Shown here: piece by piece, positions 7,814-18,768 of the stretch
Layout: every line of letters starts with the position of its first letter
Position numbering within the stretch: position 1 is the stretch's first letter
Source of the DNA: Alphaproteobacteria bacterium
GTDB taxonomy: Bacteria; Pseudomonadota; Alphaproteobacteria; UBA828
NCBI GenBank assembly: GCA_963422645.2
Contig: CAXXVO010000008.1
Location: 32,001-96,000 of the forward strand
Direction of reading: 5' to 3'
Length of the DNA: 64,000 bases
Program-made: the position numbers and the translations under genes
The notes under the pieces: generated by a model
What the model saw: only the letters and a program-made list of their open reading frames with translations
Told to the model about the DNA's origin: nothing
The model's database searches: none

Positions 7814-8998
7814 TCAGGCGACGACGCCGGCGTCGTGCAGCGCGGCGATCTCGCTGGCGGAAAGCCCGGCCTCGGCAAGCAGCTCGTCCGTTTGCTCGCC
7901 GAGCATGGGCGCGCCGCGGCGGATCGCGCTTGGCGTCGCCTCGAAGCGCGCCGCGGGCCTCGCCTGGCGTATCCTTCCCGCGACGGGATGGTCGGCTTCC
8001 ACCAGCGTGCCGGCGGCGGCGACCTGCGGGTGCTCGACCAGCGCACTCCGGGTCAGCACCGGGGCGCAGGGCACGCTTTCGGCCTCCAGCCGTTCCATCC
8101 ACTCGTCGGTGGTCCGGGTGCGCAGCACCTCCTGGGTGAGCGAGAGGCGGTCGTCGATATTCTCGTCGCGGAGCGCCGGCGTCCTGAAGCGCGCGTCCTG
8201 CAGCCATTCGGGTCGTTCGAGCGCACGGGTGAGGCCGATCCATTCGCGGTCGCTCATCACCGCGACGCTCATGTGGCCGTCCTTCGTCTCGTAGATGAGG
8301 TCGATGAAGCTCGCCGCCCGTTGCTCCGTCGGCGGCTGCTCGAGAAAGGTCTGGTCGCCCATGTCCGACGCCCACAGGAACGAAACGACGACATCGAGCA
8401 TGGAGAGGCGCACGTGCTGGCTCTCGCCCGTGCGTTCGCGCGCGAGGAGCGCGGCGGTAACGGCCTGCGCCGCAGTCACGCCTGTGAGCTTGTCGGGCAG
8501 GATCGTACGCACCAGGCGGGGGCGGGCATCGTCCGATCCACCCTGGACCGAGGCCAGGCCGGACGCGGCCTGAATGATCGGATCGTAGACGCGCTTGTGC
8601 GCGTAAGGCCCGGTCTCGCCGAAGCCGTTGATGGAGACGTAGACGATCTCGGGGCTGACGGCCCGAATGTCCGGCTCGGCGACCCCCAGCCGCTCGACCA
8701 CGCCCGGCCGGAAATTCTGGATGAAGACGTCGGCACTCTGGGCGAGCCGAAGCAGGGCGTCGCGCCCGCGCGGGTCCTTCAGGTTGACGGCGAGCGAGCG
8801 CTTGTTGCGGTTGACGTTCAGAAAGCCCGAGGCCAGCCCGTTGGAGCGGTTGCTGCCCGTGCGCGTGTGATCGCCCTGGCCAATGGTCTCCACCTTGATC
8901 ACCTCGGCGCCCTGGTCGCCCAGCATCATGGTGGCAAAGGGGCCTGAGACCATCGACGTGAGGTCGATGACGCGGTAGCCGTCGAGCGGTCCTGGCAC
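7814..8998 (-). CDS. Family III CoA-transferase (CaiB/BaiF)
   Basis: PLDGYRVIDL, GAEVIKVE, NRNKRSL, NFRPGV and catalytic D in LPDK; AGGAG RBS before GTG. Confidence 0.93.
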   Translation of the reverse strand: MPGPLDGYRVIDLTSMVSGPFATMMLGDQGAEVIKVETIGQGDHTRTGSNRSNGLASGFLNVNRNKRSLAVNLKDPRGRDALLRLAQSADVFIQNFRPGVVERLGVAEPDIRAVSPEIVYVSINGFGETGPYAHKRVYDPIIQAASGLASVQGGSDDARPRLVRTILPDKLTGVTAAQAVTAALLARERTGESQHVRLSMLDVVVSFLWASDMGDQTFLEQPPTEQRAASFIDLIYETKDGHMSVAVMSDREWIGLTRALERPEWLQDARFRTPALRDENIDDRLSLTQEVLRTRTTDEWMERLEAESVPCAPVLTRSALVEHPQVAAAGTLVEADHPVAGRIRQARPAARFEATPSAIRRGAPMLGEQTDELLAEAGLSASEIAALHDAGVVA

Positions 8999-9058
8999 TG
9001 GTCTTCTCCTCGCTGGGCGGAACGGCGCGATGGCTTGCGGGGGGCGGCGGCGCCTGCT

Positions 9059-9436
9059 CTATCGGCCGGCCGGCGTGCGCTTCTTCAACTCGATGGGCTG
9101 GCCGTGGGGGGTGTGGATGGTCGCCTCGGTCCAGTCATCCTTGAGGCTGGCAAGCTCCGCCTCGGAACCGAGTCCCTTGTCGATCACGAGCTTCTCGAGC
9201 GCGTTCAGCCAGTGCTCGTAGTAACGATCGCCGAGATCGAGATCGCCTCTCTGCTTCGCCGCCGCGATCTCCGCTGACAGGTAGTCGACCCACTCCGACC
9301 AGGTGAACTTGCCGGCCTCCGAGAGGCGCACCGCCATGGCGAAGGCGGTCGCCTCCCACGGCTCCTTGAAGACCGGCCCGTCTTCGGCCTCCCAGGGAAG
9401 CTGCGGCAGGTCGTCAGCCGATTCCCCAGCGCTCAT
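9059..9436 (-). CDS. Nitrile hydratase accessory/activator protein (P14K/NhlE-like)
   Basis: PVFKEPWEATAFAM, FTWSEW, YYEHWLNALE and TPHGQPI motifs; ATGA overlap with the upstream gene. Confidence 0.9.
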   Translation of the reverse strand: MSAGESADDLPQLPWEAEDGPVFKEPWEATAFAMAVRLSEAGKFTWSEWVDYLSAEIAAAKQRGDLDLGDRYYEHWLNALEKLVIDKGLGSEAELASLKDDWTEATIHTPHGQPIELKKRTPAGR

Positions 9437-9786
9437 GCGCGATCGATGTAGTCGTCGAAGAGGTCGATGTAGACGCAGGCGTTCGCGTTCGCGTGACCGC
9501 CCCAGAGCTCGCTCCCCTCGAAGCGCACGCTGTAGACATGCTGCGGGTTGCTGTGGGTGCCCGATTCGGCCGAGGTGTCCGGGAACGAGAAGACGCCGTG
9601 ATCGCGCACGATCCGTCCGGTCCTGCCGCGGATGTAGCGCGGCAGCCGGGTGTGGGACACAGGGTTGATGTCGCGGGCCTTGACCGTGTCGCCCACCTTG
9701 AAATTCGGTGCGACGTCCGCATCCATTCGGCATGAGGCGCCGCCGGCCACCAGGCCCGGGACCATGTCAGGCGTGAGCGTTGGCAT
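9433..9786 (-). CDS. Nitrile hydratase beta subunit, C-terminal SH3-like domain encoded as a separate gene
   Basis: FKVGDTV, HTRLPRYIRG, HVYSVRF and ELWG motifs; own GGGAGG RBS and TGATG overlap. Confidence 0.88.
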   Translation of the reverse strand: MPTLTPDMVPGLVAGGASCRMDADVAPNFKVGDTVKARDINPVSHTRLPRYIRGRTGRIVRDHGVFSFPDTSAESGTHSNPQHVYSVRFEGSELWGGHANANACVYIDLFDDYIDRA

Positions 9787-10100
9787 CACGATCCTCCCTC
9801 TTCGCGAAGGCTCGCGATCTTCGTCTCGATCTCGTCCTTGGTCAGAATGCCCCGCTCCACCAGCACGGTCTCGTAGACGTGCAGCCAGTGCTCGTAATAC
9901 GAGGTCTCCAGATACTCGGCCGGGCCCATCCGCTCGATGGCGTGGCGGAACATGTCCACGTTGAAGTGGCCCTCGGCGAAGTTGGTGAAGAACATGCCGA
10001 AGACCCGGCCCTCCCACTCCTCGTGGAACTGGGGCTCGTTTTCCTCGCGCTCGATCGGGCCCATGCACTGCATGCCGCCCATGTCGTGGATTCCGTTCAT
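9786..10100 (-). CDS. Nitrile hydratase beta subunit, N-terminal domain encoded as a separate gene
   Basis: MNGIHDMGG, FHEEWEGRV, FRHAIERM and YYEHWL motifs; AAGGAG RBS. Confidence 0.9.
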   Translation of the reverse strand: MNGIHDMGGMQCMGPIEREENEPQFHEEWEGRVFGMFFTNFAEGHFNVDMFRHAIERMGPAEYLETSYYEHWLHVYETVLVERGILTKDEIETKIASLREEGGS

Positions 10101-10123
10101 CGCTGTGCTCCTTCAGGAACCGG

Positions 10124-10732
10124 CTAGTCAGCCGGCGCTTCAGCCAGCGCCGTGCCGATCATCGAGTCGCGGGTCACCAGTGCCGCGAGCTGGTCCTCGC
10201 CCATGCCCTCGGTGCCTGCGGGCCTTTGCGGCAGCACCAGGTAGCGGAGCTCGGCGTTGCTGTCCCACACCCGCACCTCGATGTCGTCGGAGAGCTCGAC
10301 GCCGAATTCGTTGAGCACGCCACGCGGATCGATGACCGAGCGGGCGCGGAAGGGTGCGCTCTTGTACCAGATCGGCGGCAGCCCCAGCGTCGGCCACGGG
10401 TAGCAGGAGCAGAGCGTGCAGGTGACCAGGTTATGCACCTCGTCGGTGTTCTCGACGACCACCATGTCCTCGCCCTGTACGCCGCTGAAGCCGAGCTCGG
10501 CGATGGCCTTCGTGCCGTGCTCGAGCAGCCTCCGCTTGTAGTCCGGGTCAGTCCACGCGCGCGCCACCACCTGGGCGCCGTTGCGCGGCCCGACGCGGGT
10601 CTCGTAGATCTCCACCAAGGCGTCGATGGCGGCCGGGTCAAGCAGGCCCTTCTCGGAGAGGAGCGTCTCCAAAGCCTTGACCCTCATCGCCGTCTCGGAT
10701 GGCGGAGCGTTATGGGCGTGATCGTGTGCCAT
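10124..10732 (-). CDS. nthA: Cobalt-type nitrile hydratase alpha subunit
   Basis: Metal-binding motif CTLCSCY (Thr/Tyr pattern of Co-type enzymes), VVARAW and GLPPIWYKS. Confidence 0.95.
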   Translation of the reverse strand: MAHDHAHNAPPSETAMRVKALETLLSEKGLLDPAAIDALVEIYETRVGPRNGAQVVARAWTDPDYKRRLLEHGTKAIAELGFSGVQGEDMVVVENTDEVHNLVTCTLCSCYPWPTLGLPPIWYKSAPFRARSVIDPRGVLNEFGVELSDDIEVRVWDSNAELRYLVLPQRPAGTEGMGEDQLAALVTRDSMIGTALAEAPAD

Positions 10733-10848
10733 GGCAGAACATTCCCCCTTATCAGCCCTGCCACGATGGTATCCGCAGGCCGTGGGCCGTTCAACGGACA
10801 TCGTGTCGGCGCGATCGGTGGGCGCCGACGGCGACCGGTTCGCCGTCC

Positions 10849-11553
10849 TTAACTCTCCGGTGAATCGGGGTCGGGCTGCTGGCCGTAGGTCTTCAACATC
10901 TCCAGCACCTCGCCCATCTTGCGCTGTGAGATGATCTTCGGGTCATTGCCAGTGGCAGCACCGATGGCCAGCGTGCGGCAATAGAGCTCCGCCAGATACT
11001 CGACCTCGATGTGCAGGTTGACGCAGTCATCCGGTGTCTCACCCAGGACGATCGCACCGTGATTCTGCAACAGACAGGCGCGTCGATCCTTGAGCGCCTC
11101 GACGGCGACGTCGGAGAGTGCCTGGGTCGTGGGCGTGCGGTAGGGCGCGCAGCGGATGGTTGTACCGCCTGCGGTTCCTACCATGTAGTGAACAGCCGGA
11201 ATCTCCATCCCGTGCACGGCGAGCGCGGTGCAATGAACCGAATGACTGTGGAGGATCGCGTTCACATCTGGCCGCGAGGCGAGGATATCGCGATGGAAGC
11301 GCCATTCGCTGGTGGGGATTCGCGTGCCCCACTGGCGGCCGCCGAAATCCATCTCAACGATGTCGGCGGGTGTCATCGTGTCGTAATCGAGGCCGGAGGG
11401 AGTAACCAGGAAGCGCTCGCCCACCCGGAATCCGATGTTGCCCACGGTCCCGTGATTGAGGCCAACTGCGTCGGTCCTGTGGGCGGCGTCGATGATCGCG
11501 CGCCGCGCTTTCAAATGCGTCAGTCTCTTGCGGGGCATGGCAGCGGTAACCAT
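10849..11553 (-). CDS. Class II aldolase/adducin family protein (fuculose-1-phosphate aldolase-like)
   Basis: GNI, VTPSG, SEWRFH, HSHS and NHG zinc-binding motifs; the start could be 11538. Confidence 0.88.
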   Translation of the reverse strand: MVTAAMPRKRLTHLKARRAIIDAAHRTDAVGLNHGTVGNIGFRVGERFLVTPSGLDYDTMTPADIVEMDFGGRQWGTRIPTSEWRFHRDILASRPDVNAILHSHSVHCTALAVHGMEIPAVHYMVGTAGGTTIRCAPYRTPTTQALSDVAVEALKDRRACLLQNHGAIVLGETPDDCVNLHIEVEYLAELYCRTLAIGAATGNDPKIISQRKMGEVLEMLKTYGQQPDPDSPES

Positions 11554-11581
11554 GGACGACAGGAGAGGCTCGCGCCTCGCC

Positions 11582-12229
11582 TCACTCCTGAAGAGCGGCG
11601 ACAATGGCCGCCGAGATGGCATCGATGCCGCCCGAGCCGTCGACCCGGGCGATACGCCCGCCGGCCTCGTAGTGCGGGATGATCGGCTCCGTCTGCTCGT
11701 GGTAGGCGGCGAGCCGCGCGGTCATGGTCTCGCGATTATCGTCAGCCCGGCGCGTGAAGTTCTTGCTGCCGCACTGGTCGCAGACGCCCTCGGTGCTCGG
11801 CCGGTTGAAGTGGTCGTGGTAGCCGGCGCCGCAGTCGGCACAGGAGAAGCGGCCGACGATGCGCTGGATCAGCGCCTCCTCGTCGACCTCGATGGCAACC
11901 ACTCTGTCGAGCGCGAGCCCGCGCTCCGCCAGCATGGCGTCCAGCGCGTCGGCCTGCGCCACAGTGCGCGGGAAGCCGTCGAGGATGAAGCCATTGGCGC
12001 AGTCGGGTTGCTCGATCCGTTCCGCAATCAGCGCCACCATGAGGTCGTCCGGCACCAGCTCGCCGGCTTCCATGATCGTCTTGGCCTGGGTACCGAGCGC
12101 GGTACCGGCCTTCACGGCCGCCCGCAGCATGTCGCCGGTGGAGATCTGGACAATGTCGAAGCGCTCGACCAGTCGCTGCGCCTGCGTGCCCTTGCCCGCC
12201 CCCGGTGGGCCGAGAAGGATCAGGTTCAA
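11582..12229 (-). CDS. adk: Adenylate kinase with zinc-finger LID
   Basis: [17 protein letters not shown] and LDGFPR motifs, CADC...CDQC; TTG start overlaps the secY stop. Confidence 0.96.
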   Translation of the reverse strand: MNLILLGPPGAGKGTQAQRLVERFDIVQISTGDMLRAAVKAGTALGTQAKTIMEAGELVPDDLMVALIAERIEQPDCANGFILDGFPRTVAQADALDAMLAERGLALDRVVAIEVDEEALIQRIVGRFSCADCGAGYHDHFNRPSTEGVCDQCGSKNFTRRADDNRETMTARLAAYHEQTEPIIPHYEAGGRIARVDGSGGIDAISAAIVAALQE

Positions 12230-13569
12230 CGTCGGCTCCCTCGCAGCTTCGCCTTCTTGATCAGCCCCTCGTACTGATGCGCGAGGAGGTGGGACTGGAT
12301 CTGCCCGACGGTGTCCATGGTGACGGTGACGACGATGAGCAGACTCGTGCCGCCGAAGTAGAACGGCACCGCGTACTGGGAGATCAGGAGCTCGGGCAGG
12401 AGGCTCACCGAAGTGAGATAGAGCGCGCCCCAGAAGGTCAGCCGGGTCAGCACGTAGTCGAGGTATTCGGCGGTGTTCTTGCCTGGACGGACTCCGGGTA
12501 TGAAACCGCCGTTTTTCTTCAAATTGTCGGCTGTGTCCTCGGGATTGAACACGACCGAGGTGTAGAAGAACGTGAAAAAGATGATCGCCACGGCATAGAT
12601 GATCATGTAGATCGGCTGGCCGCGACCGAGATAGCTGGTGACCGCGGTCAGCCACTCGGGCCCGGTGCCCGCGTTGATGCTGAGCGCGGTGATCGGCAGC
12701 AGCAGGATCGAGCTTGCGAAGATCGGCGGGATCACGCCAGCGGTGTTGACCTTCAACGGCAGATGCGTGCTCTCGCCGCCGAACATCCGCCGCCCCACCT
12801 GTCGTTTGGGGTATTGGACGACGATGCGCCGCTGCGCCCGCTCGATGAAGACGATGAAGCCGATGACGGCGACCGCCATGACGAAGAGCGCGATAAGCAC
12901 GACCGCAGAGATTGCGCCGGTGCGGCCGAGCTCCAGCGTGCTCGCGAGCGCGCCTGGCAGCTCCGCCACAATGCCGGCGAAGATAATCAGCGATATGCCG
13001 TTGCCGACCCCTCTGGCGGTGATCTGCTCGCCCAGCCACATCAGGAAGATGGTGCCGCCAGTTAGTGTCACCACCGTGGTCAAGCGGAAGAAGCCACCGG
13101 GATCCAGTACCAGATCACCGCTCTGGCCGGTGTAGCCCTCAAGGCCCGAAGAGATGCCGAAGGCCTGCAACGCGGCGAGAAAGACGGTGCCGTAACGGGT
13201 GTACTGATTGATCTTCTTGCGCCCGGCCTCGCCTTCCTTCTTGAGCTGGGCGAGGTGCGGCGAGACCGTCGTCATCAGCTGGATGATGATGGCGGCCGAG
13301 ATGTACGGCATGATGTTGAGCGCAAAGATGGTCATGCGCCCGAGCGCGCCACCGGCGAACATGTTGAACATGCCGAGGATGCCGCCGGCCTGCTGCTGGA
13401 ACACCTCGTCGAGCACCACCGGGTCGATGCCCGGGATCGGGATGTAGGTGCCCAACCTATAGATGATCAGGGCGCCGAGCGTGAAGAGCAGGCGCTTCTG
13501 TAGCTCCTTCGCCTTGGCGAAGGCCCCGAAGTTGAGGTTCGCAGCGAGTTGTTCGGCTGCCGAAGCCAC
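12226..13569 (-). CDS. secY: Preprotein translocase SecY
   Basis: [26 protein letters not shown] and GGTSLLI motifs. Confidence 0.98.
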   Translation of the reverse strand: MASAAEQLAANLNFGAFAKAKELQKRLLFTLGALIIYRLGTYIPIPGIDPVVLDEVFQQQAGGILGMFNMFAGGALGRMTIFALNIMPYISAAIIIQLMTTVSPHLAQLKKEGEAGRKKINQYTRYGTVFLAALQAFGISSGLEGYTGQSGDLVLDPGGFFRLTTVVTLTGGTIFLMWLGEQITARGVGNGISLIIFAGIVAELPGALASTLELGRTGAISAVVLIALFVMAVAVIGFIVFIERAQRRIVVQYPKRQVGRRMFGGESTHLPLKVNTAGVIPPIFASSILLLPITALSINAGTGPEWLTAVTSYLGRGQPIYMIIYAVAIIFFTFFYTSVVFNPEDTADNLKKNGGFIPGVRPGKNTAEYLDYVLTRLTFWGALYLTSVSLLPELLISQYAVPFYFGGTSLLIVVTVTMDTVGQIQSHLLAHQYEGLIKKAKLRGSRR

Positions 13570-13574
13570 GTCCG

Positions 13575-14078
13575 TTAGGTGTCCTTAGCCGTTTCCTCGG
13601 CCGCTTTTTCGGCCTTCGCCGCGCCGCTGAGGATCACCGAGCCGCCGGCCGCTTCAACTGCAGCGATGGCTGCCTTCGATGCGCCGGTGACCTCGACGGT
13701 GACGGCGCTTTCGATCCGGCCCTTGGCGAGCAGCCGCACGCCGTGCCGCCCGCGCCTGAGCCCGGCCGCGGCCAGCGCGGCCTCGGTCACGGGCGCGCCC
13801 GCGTCGATCCGCCCCTGCTCGATCGCCTCCTGCAGGCGCCCGATGTTGACGGCCTCGAAGGTCTTGCGGAAGCGGGCGTTGGTGAAACCCCGCTTGGGCA
13901 GACGCCGATAGAGCGGCATCTGGCCGCCCTCGAAGCCCTTGAGGGCGACGCCGGCCCGCGATTTCTGGCCCTTGTGGCCACGGCCCGAGGTCTTGCCGCG
14001 GCCTGAGCCGATGCCACGCCCGAGCCTGCGCCCCTTCTTGGACGAGCCGTCGCGGTCAGCGAGTTCGTTCAGTCTCAT
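13575..14078 (-). CDS. rplO: 50S ribosomal protein L15
   Basis: [19 protein letters not shown] and FEGGQMPL. Confidence 0.97.
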   Translation of the reverse strand: MRLNELADRDGSSKKGRRLGRGIGSGRGKTSGRGHKGQKSRAGVALKGFEGGQMPLYRRLPKRGFTNARFRKTFEAVNIGRLQEAIEQGRIDAGAPVTEAALAAAGLRRGRHGVRLLAKGRIESAVTVEVTGASKAAIAAVEAAGGSVILSGAAKAEKAAEETAKDT

Positions 14079-14299
14079 CACTCAGCCTCCGCGTCCACCG
14101 GCTCGGCCCGCACGAGGTGCGAAATCTTGTCGATCATGCCGCGCACCGCGGGCGTGTCCTCGAGCACACGGCTCCGGTGCATCTTATTCAGGCCGAGGCC
14201 CACCAGGGTGGCGCGCTGCTTCGCCGGCCGGCCGATGGGGCTGCCGGTCTGCGTCACCCGCACCCTGGGCGTCGTGGCGGCCTTCTTGCTCCCTACCAT
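14078..14299 (-). CDS. rpmD: 50S ribosomal protein L30
   Basis: SPIGR...GLGL...[10 protein letters not shown]; position in the operon. Confidence 0.95.
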   Translation of the reverse strand: MVGSKKAATTPRVRVTQTGSPIGRPAKQRATLVGLGLNKMHRSRVLEDTPAVRGMIDKISHLVRAEPVDAEAE

Positions 14300-14302
14300 G
14301 GC

Positions 14303-14881
14303 CTACGCCTGCTCCTTCTGCTCCTTAGCGGAGTCGTCCTGGCCCAAGATCTGGCTCACCGTGCGGTTGCGCTTGGCGGCCACGGCACGCGGCGAATGGC
14401 AGCGACCGAGCGCATCGAAGGTCGCCTTGACCATGTTCTGCGGGTTCGAACTGCCCACCGACTTGGCGACCACGTCCTTCACGCCGAGCATCTCGAACAC
14501 GGCGCGCATCGGCCCGCCCGCGATGATGCCAGTGCCTGGCGGCGCTGCGCGGATAATCACCTTGCCCGCACCGAAGCGACCTTGGACATCGTGATGCAGC
14601 GTGCGTCCCTCGCGTAGCGGCACGCGGACCATGCGCCGCCTGGCCTGCTCGGTGGCCTTGCGGATGGCCTCCGGCACCTCCCGCGCCTTGCCGGAGCCGC
14701 CGCCAACGCGCCCGCGCTGGTCGCCGACAACGACGAGCGCCGAGAAGCCGAAGCGCCGACCGCCCTTCACCACCTTGGCGACGCGGTTGATGCTGACAAG
14801 CTTGTCCTGGAACTCGGGCTCTTCGCGATCCCGCCCGCGGCCGCCGCGATCCCGATCCCGACTCATGGATGGTCGTGCCAT
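14303..14881 (-). CDS. rpsE: 30S ribosomal protein S5
   Basis: [16 protein letters not shown] and GTGIIAGG. Confidence 0.97.
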   Translation of the reverse strand: MARPSMSRDRDRGGRGRDREEPEFQDKLVSINRVAKVVKGGRRFGFSALVVVGDQRGRVGGGSGKAREVPEAIRKATEQARRRMVRVPLREGRTLHHDVQGRFGAGKVIIRAAPPGTGIIAGGPMRAVFEMLGVKDVVAKSVGSSNPQNMVKATFDALGRCHSPRAVAAKRNRTVSQILGQDDSAKEQKEQA

Positions 14882-14895
14882 TCCGGGCCCTTCCC

Positions 14896-15246
14896 CTAGA
14901 AAGAGAGGCCGCTTTCGCGGGCCGCCTCGGCGAGCGCCTTCACACGCCCGTGATACTGATATCCGCCACGGTCGAAGACGACCTCCTTGTGGCCGGCCGC
15001 GAGCGCACGCTCTGCGATGAGTGCGCCGACACGGCCGGCGGCCGCGCGGTCGGCTCCGCCTTCGCTCCTCAGCACGCCCTCCACCGTCGATGCGGCAACC
15101 ACGGTCCTGCCCTCTTCATCGTCGATGAGTTGGGCATAAATGTGGCGGTTGGAGCGGAAGACCGAAAGCCGGGGCCTGCCGCCTGCGACGGTGCGCAGTT
15201 TGAACCGCACCCGCTGCTTGCGCTTATCGTATTCGCTTCTGCTCAT
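14896..15246 (-). CDS. rplR: 50S ribosomal protein L18
   Basis: [14 protein letters not shown] and [13 protein letters not shown]. Confidence 0.97.
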   Translation of the reverse strand: MSRSEYDKRKQRVRFKLRTVAGGRPRLSVFRSNRHIYAQLIDDEEGRTVVAASTVEGVLRSEGGADRAAAGRVGALIAERALAAGHKEVVFDRGGYQYHGRVKALAEAARESGLSF

Positions 15247-15248
15247 CG

Positions 15249-15782
15249 CTACTTCTTCTTGCCCTCCTTGCGCCGGACGTACTCACCGACATAGCGGATG
15301 CCCTTGCCCTTGTAGGGCTCGGGCTTGCGGAAGGCACGTATCTCGGCGGCGGCCTGGCCGACCGCCTGGCGGTCAGCACCGACGACCCTGATCGCCGTCG
15401 GCCGCTCGCACGTGATCTCGATGCCGTCGGGAATCGGGTAGCGGACCCGGTGGCTGTAGCCGAGATCGAGCGTGAGCGTCTTGCCCTCGACCGCGGCGCG
15501 GTAGCCCACGCCCTCGATCTGCAGATCCTTGTGGAAGCCCTGGCTCACGCCCACGACCATGTTGTTGATGATGCTCCGGGTGAGCCCCCACAACTGACGC
15601 GAGCGCTTGTCGCCCCCGCGCGGCGTGACCGAGACCTGGCCGTTGCCGAACTCGGCGATCACCTCGGACGTGATGGTGGCCTCGAGGCGGCCCAGCTTGC
15701 CGCTCACAGCGACCGCCGCGCCGTCGATCGTCACCTCGACGCCATCGGGTACGGGGACCGGGTTTCTGCCGACGCGTGACAT
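15249..15782 (-). CDS. rplF: 50S ribosomal protein L6
   Basis: MSRVGRNPV and [11 protein letters not shown]. Confidence 0.97.
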   Translation of the reverse strand: MSRVGRNPVPVPDGVEVTIDGAAVAVSGKLGRLEATITSEVIAEFGNGQVSVTPRGGDKRSRQLWGLTRSIINNMVVGVSQGFHKDLQIEGVGYRAAVEGKTLTLDLGYSHRVRYPIPDGIEITCERPTAIRVVGADRQAVGQAAAEIRAFRKPEPYKGKGIRYVGEYVRRKEGKKK

Positions 15783-15783
15783 C

Positions 15784-16179
15784 TCAGAACACCCGGCAGA
15801 GCACTTCGCCGCCGACCTTCTGCTGGCGCGCCTCGTTGTCCGAGAGCACGCCCCGCGGCGTCGACAAAATGGAGATCCCGAGCCCGTCGTAGTAGCGGGG
15901 CAGGTCCTTGATGCCCGAATAGACCCGCCGTCCCGGCTTCGACACACGATGGAGCTCGGCGATCACGGGCCGGCCTTCCTGGTACTTGAGCTCGATCGAG
16001 AACGCGGGCTTGCCGGTGTCCGATTCCGCCGACGAGTAGCCGCGGATATAGCCCTCGCGCTTCAGCACGTCGAGCACGGAACTGCGCAGCTTGGACGCCG
16101 GTGACAGGACCGCGGACTTTCGCGCCCGCTGCCCGTTCCGGATACGGGTCAGCATGTCCGCCAGGGGGTCAGTCATCAT
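15784..16179 (-). CDS. rpsH: 30S ribosomal protein S8
   Basis: [12 protein letters not shown] and SKPGRRVY. Confidence 0.97.
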   Translation of the reverse strand: MMTDPLADMLTRIRNGQRARKSAVLSPASKLRSSVLDVLKREGYIRGYSSAESDTGKPAFSIELKYQEGRPVIAELHRVSKPGRRVYSGIKDLPRYYDGLGISILSTPRGVLSDNEARQQKVGGEVLCRVF

Positions 16180-16189
16180 GGCTTGCGCC

Positions 16190-16495
16190 TCACCAGCTCG
16201 ATTTGACCATGCCGGGTATCTGGCCCGCCGAGGCGAGCTCCCGGAGTGCGATGCGCGAGAGCCCGAACTTGCGGTAATTGCCGCGTGACCGGCCGGTCAG
16301 CCCGCAGCGGTTGCGCACCCGCACCGGCGCGCCGTTACGCGGCATCTCCGCGAGCTTGAGCTGCGCCGCAAAGCGCTCCTCCGGCGGGAGCTCGCGGTCC
16401 CGCACGATGGCACGCAGGTCCGCCCGCTTGGCCGCGTCACGCTTCGCCATCCGCTGGCGCCGCTTGTTCTTCTCGATCGTGCTCTTCTTCGCCAT
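16190..16495 (-). CDS. rpsN: 30S ribosomal protein S14 (long form lacking the four-Cys zinc motif)
   Basis: RNRCGLTGR...PGMVKSSW. Confidence 0.97.
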   Translation of the reverse strand: MAKKSTIEKNKRRQRMAKRDAAKRADLRAIVRDRELPPEERFAAQLKLAEMPRNGAPVRVRNRCGLTGRSRGNYRKFGLSRIALRELASAGQIPGMVKSSW

Positions 16496-16518
16496 CTCTC
16501 AACCCGGCCCCTCTGCCC

Positions 16519-17115
16519 TCACTGGCCGACGAACGGCATCTGAAAGGCAGCGAGCAGCGCCCGGCCTTCGTCATCGGTCCTTGCCGTCGTGCAAATGACG
16601 ACGTTCAATCCGCGCACCTGATCGACCTTGTCGTAGTCGATTTCGGGGAAGATGATCTGCTCTTTGAGGCCCAACGCGTAGTTGCCTCGGCCGTCGAAGG
16701 CGCGCCCGGAAAGCCCGCGAAAGTCGCGCACTCGCGGCAGCGCAATCGTGACCAGCCGGTCGAGGAACTCGTACATTCGCTCGCGCCGGAGCGTGGTCTT
16801 GCAGCCGACCTGCATGCCGGTGCGCACCTTGAACGCGGCGATGGACTTGCGCGCCCTGGTGACGATCGGCTTCTGGCCGGCGATCAGCGTCATGTCCTGA
16901 ACCGCGGCATTGATCTTCTTGTTGTCCGAGGCCCCTTCGCCGACACCCATGTTGATCACGATCTTGTCCAGCTTCGGCGCCTGCATGATGTTGGCGTAGC
17001 CGAACTGCTGCATGAGATTGGGCCTGATCTCGCTCTCGTAGAGCAGCCGGAGCCGGCTCTGGCCGTTGGCCTCGCCGTTGGGCTGGCCGCCGTCTCGGCC
17101 GTTCGCTTCAGACAT
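16519..17115 (-). CDS. rplE: 50S ribosomal protein L5
   Basis: [18 protein letters not shown] and FDGRGNY. Confidence 0.97.
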   Translation of the reverse strand: MSEANGRDGGQPNGEANGQSRLRLLYESEIRPNLMQQFGYANIMQAPKLDKIVINMGVGEGASDNKKINAAVQDMTLIAGQKPIVTRARKSIAAFKVRTGMQVGCKTTLRRERMYEFLDRLVTIALPRVRDFRGLSGRAFDGRGNYALGLKEQIIFPEIDYDKVDQVRGLNVVICTTARTDDEGRALLAAFQMPFVGQ

Positions 17116-17431
17116 CGATCACTTCCCCCGAGCGGGCGGCGGCGCGCACCTTGCGCCCGCCCTCGAGATACTTGTAGCGCACTCGGGTCGGCCGATCGCT
17201 CTCGGGATCGATCAGCGCCACGTTCGAGATATGGATCGGCGCCTCGCGCTCGACAATGCCGCCCTGCGGGTCGGCCTGAGTCGGCTTGACGTGGCGCTTG
17301 GTCATGTTGACTCCCTCGACGAGCACGCGGTCGGTCTTGGTGATGATCCGAAGCACGGCGCCGCGCTTTCCCTTGTCTCGTCCGGTGAGGACGATGACCT
17401 CGTCATCCTTGCGTATCTTTCGCTTGCGCAT
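17108..17431 (-). CDS. rplX: 50S ribosomal protein L24
   Basis: KOW motif GRDKGKRG and EAPIHISNV. Confidence 0.97.
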   Translation of the reverse strand: MRKRKIRKDDEVIVLTGRDKGKRGAVLRIITKTDRVLVEGVNMTKRHVKPTQADPQGGIVEREAPIHISNVALIDPESDRPTRVRYKYLEGGRKVRAAARSGEVIDV

Positions 17432-17437
17432 GGCGGC

Positions 17438-17806
17438 CTACAGCACTTCGGGCGCGAGTGAGATGATCTTCATGTACTGACGCTGACGGAGCTCACGGGT
17501 CACCGGCCCGAAGATGCGGGTCCCGATCGGCTCCCCCTGGGCGGTGATGAGCACGGCCGCATTGCGGTCGAAGCGGATCGCGCTGCCGTCTGGGCGCCTG
17601 ATTTCCTTGGCGGTGCGCACGATGACGGCGCGGTGGAGCTCGCCCTTGCGCACCTTGCCGCGCGGGATCGCCTCCTTGACCGTGACGACGATGGTGTCGC
17701 CCACCGAGGCGGTCCTGCGCTTCGAACCACCGAGCACCTTCACGCACTGCACGCGCCGCGCACCGGAATTGTCGGCGACGTCCAGATTCGTCTGCATCTG
17801 AATCAT
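17438..17806 (-). CDS. rplN: 50S ribosomal protein L14
   Basis: [16 protein letters not shown] and SLAPEVL. Confidence 0.98.
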   Translation of the reverse strand: MIQMQTNLDVADNSGARRVQCVKVLGGSKRRTASVGDTIVVTVKEAIPRGKVRKGELHRAVIVRTAKEIRRPDGSAIRFDRNAAVLITAQGEPIGTRIFGPVTRELRQRQYMKIISLAPEVL

Positions 17807-17839
17807 GGCTTCCGACCCTTCCGCCGCCTAACGCGGCCC

Positions 17840-18088
17840 TCAGCCCTGCTCGGCGCTAGCATCGTCGAGCACGATCCAGCGCTTGCGCTTTGATATGGGG
17901 GCGCACTCGCGAATCTGTACGATGTCGCCGACCTTGCGACTGTTGCCGTCGTCATGCGCCGTGTAGCGCTTCGAGCGGCGTACGACCTTCTTGTAGAGCG
18001 GGTGCATGACGCGGCGGTCGACGCGGACGACGACGGTCTTGTCCGCCTTGTCGCCGACCACGGTTCCCCGCATTACACGGCGCGGCAT
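17840..18088 (-). CDS. rpsQ: 30S ribosomal protein S17
   Basis: DKTVVV, HPLYKK and PISKRKRW. Confidence 0.97.
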   Translation of the reverse strand: MPRRVMRGTVVGDKADKTVVVRVDRRVMHPLYKKVVRRSKRYTAHDDGNSRKVGDIVQIRECAPISKRKRWIVLDDASAEQG

Positions 18089-18119
18089 GCGAGCTCTCCT
18101 TCACCCATCTCCCAAATCC

Positions 18120-18326
18120 TCAGGCTTCGCCGCCGGCAGCGCGCATGCGCTCGGCAACGATCGTCTTGATGCGGGCCACGTCGCGCCTGACGGCGCGCAT
18201 GCGCGCGGTGTTCTCGAGCTGGCCGGAGGCCCGCTGGAAGCGCAGGTTGAACGCCTCCTTCTTCAACGCGAGCAGCATCGACTTGAGCTCGTCATCGGTC
18301 TTGAGGCGGACTTCGACGCCGTTCAT
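18120..18326 (-). CDS. rpmC: 50S ribosomal protein L29
   Basis: FNLRFQ...[10 protein letters not shown]; TGATG overlap with rplP. Confidence 0.95.
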   Translation of the reverse strand: MNGVEVRLKTDDELKSMLLALKKEAFNLRFQRASGQLENTARMRAVRRDVARIKTIVAERMRAAGGEA

Positions 18327-18748
18327 CAGGACGCCCCTTCGCCGAGCCGGGTCACCACCCTGGTCTGCACCCTGAACTTCGCGGACGCGCGGCGGAACGC
18401 CTCTTCCGCTACCGCGCGCGGCACGCCGTCCACCTCGAACATGATGCGCCCGGGCTTCACCCTGGCGACCCAGAATTCCGGCGAGCCCTTGCCCTTGCCC
18501 ATGCGCACCTCGGCGGGCTTGGTCGAGACAGGCACGTCCGGAAAGACGCGGATCCAGATCTTGCCAGCACGCTTCATGTGCCGCGTGATGGTGCGGCGGC
18601 CGGCCTCGATCTCGCGCGCGGTGATGCGGCCGGGCGTGATGGCCTTGAGCCCGTAGGCGCCGAAATTGAGCTGCGTGCCACCCTTGGCCTTGCCGTGGAT
18701 GCGGCCCTTGTGGGCCTTGCGGTACTTGGTGGCTTTCGGCTGCTGCAT
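18326..18748 (-). CDS. rplP: 50S ribosomal protein L16
   Basis: PKATKYRK and [12 protein letters not shown]. Confidence 0.97.
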   Translation of the reverse strand: MQQPKATKYRKAHKGRIHGKAKGGTQLNFGAYGLKAITPGRITAREIEAGRRTITRHMKRAGKIWIRVFPDVPVSTKPAEVRMGKGKGSPEFWVARVKPGRIMFEVDGVPRAVAEEAFRRASAKFRVQTRVVTRLGEGAS

Positions 18749-18768
18749 GATCCGGTCCCCGTCCGGCC

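Noticed and set aside
9780-9800. NHase beta split as a sequencing frameshift or pseudogene
   Set aside because: The stop and start overlap precisely (TGATG) with an RBS at the domain boundary, and both halves keep their conserved residues.
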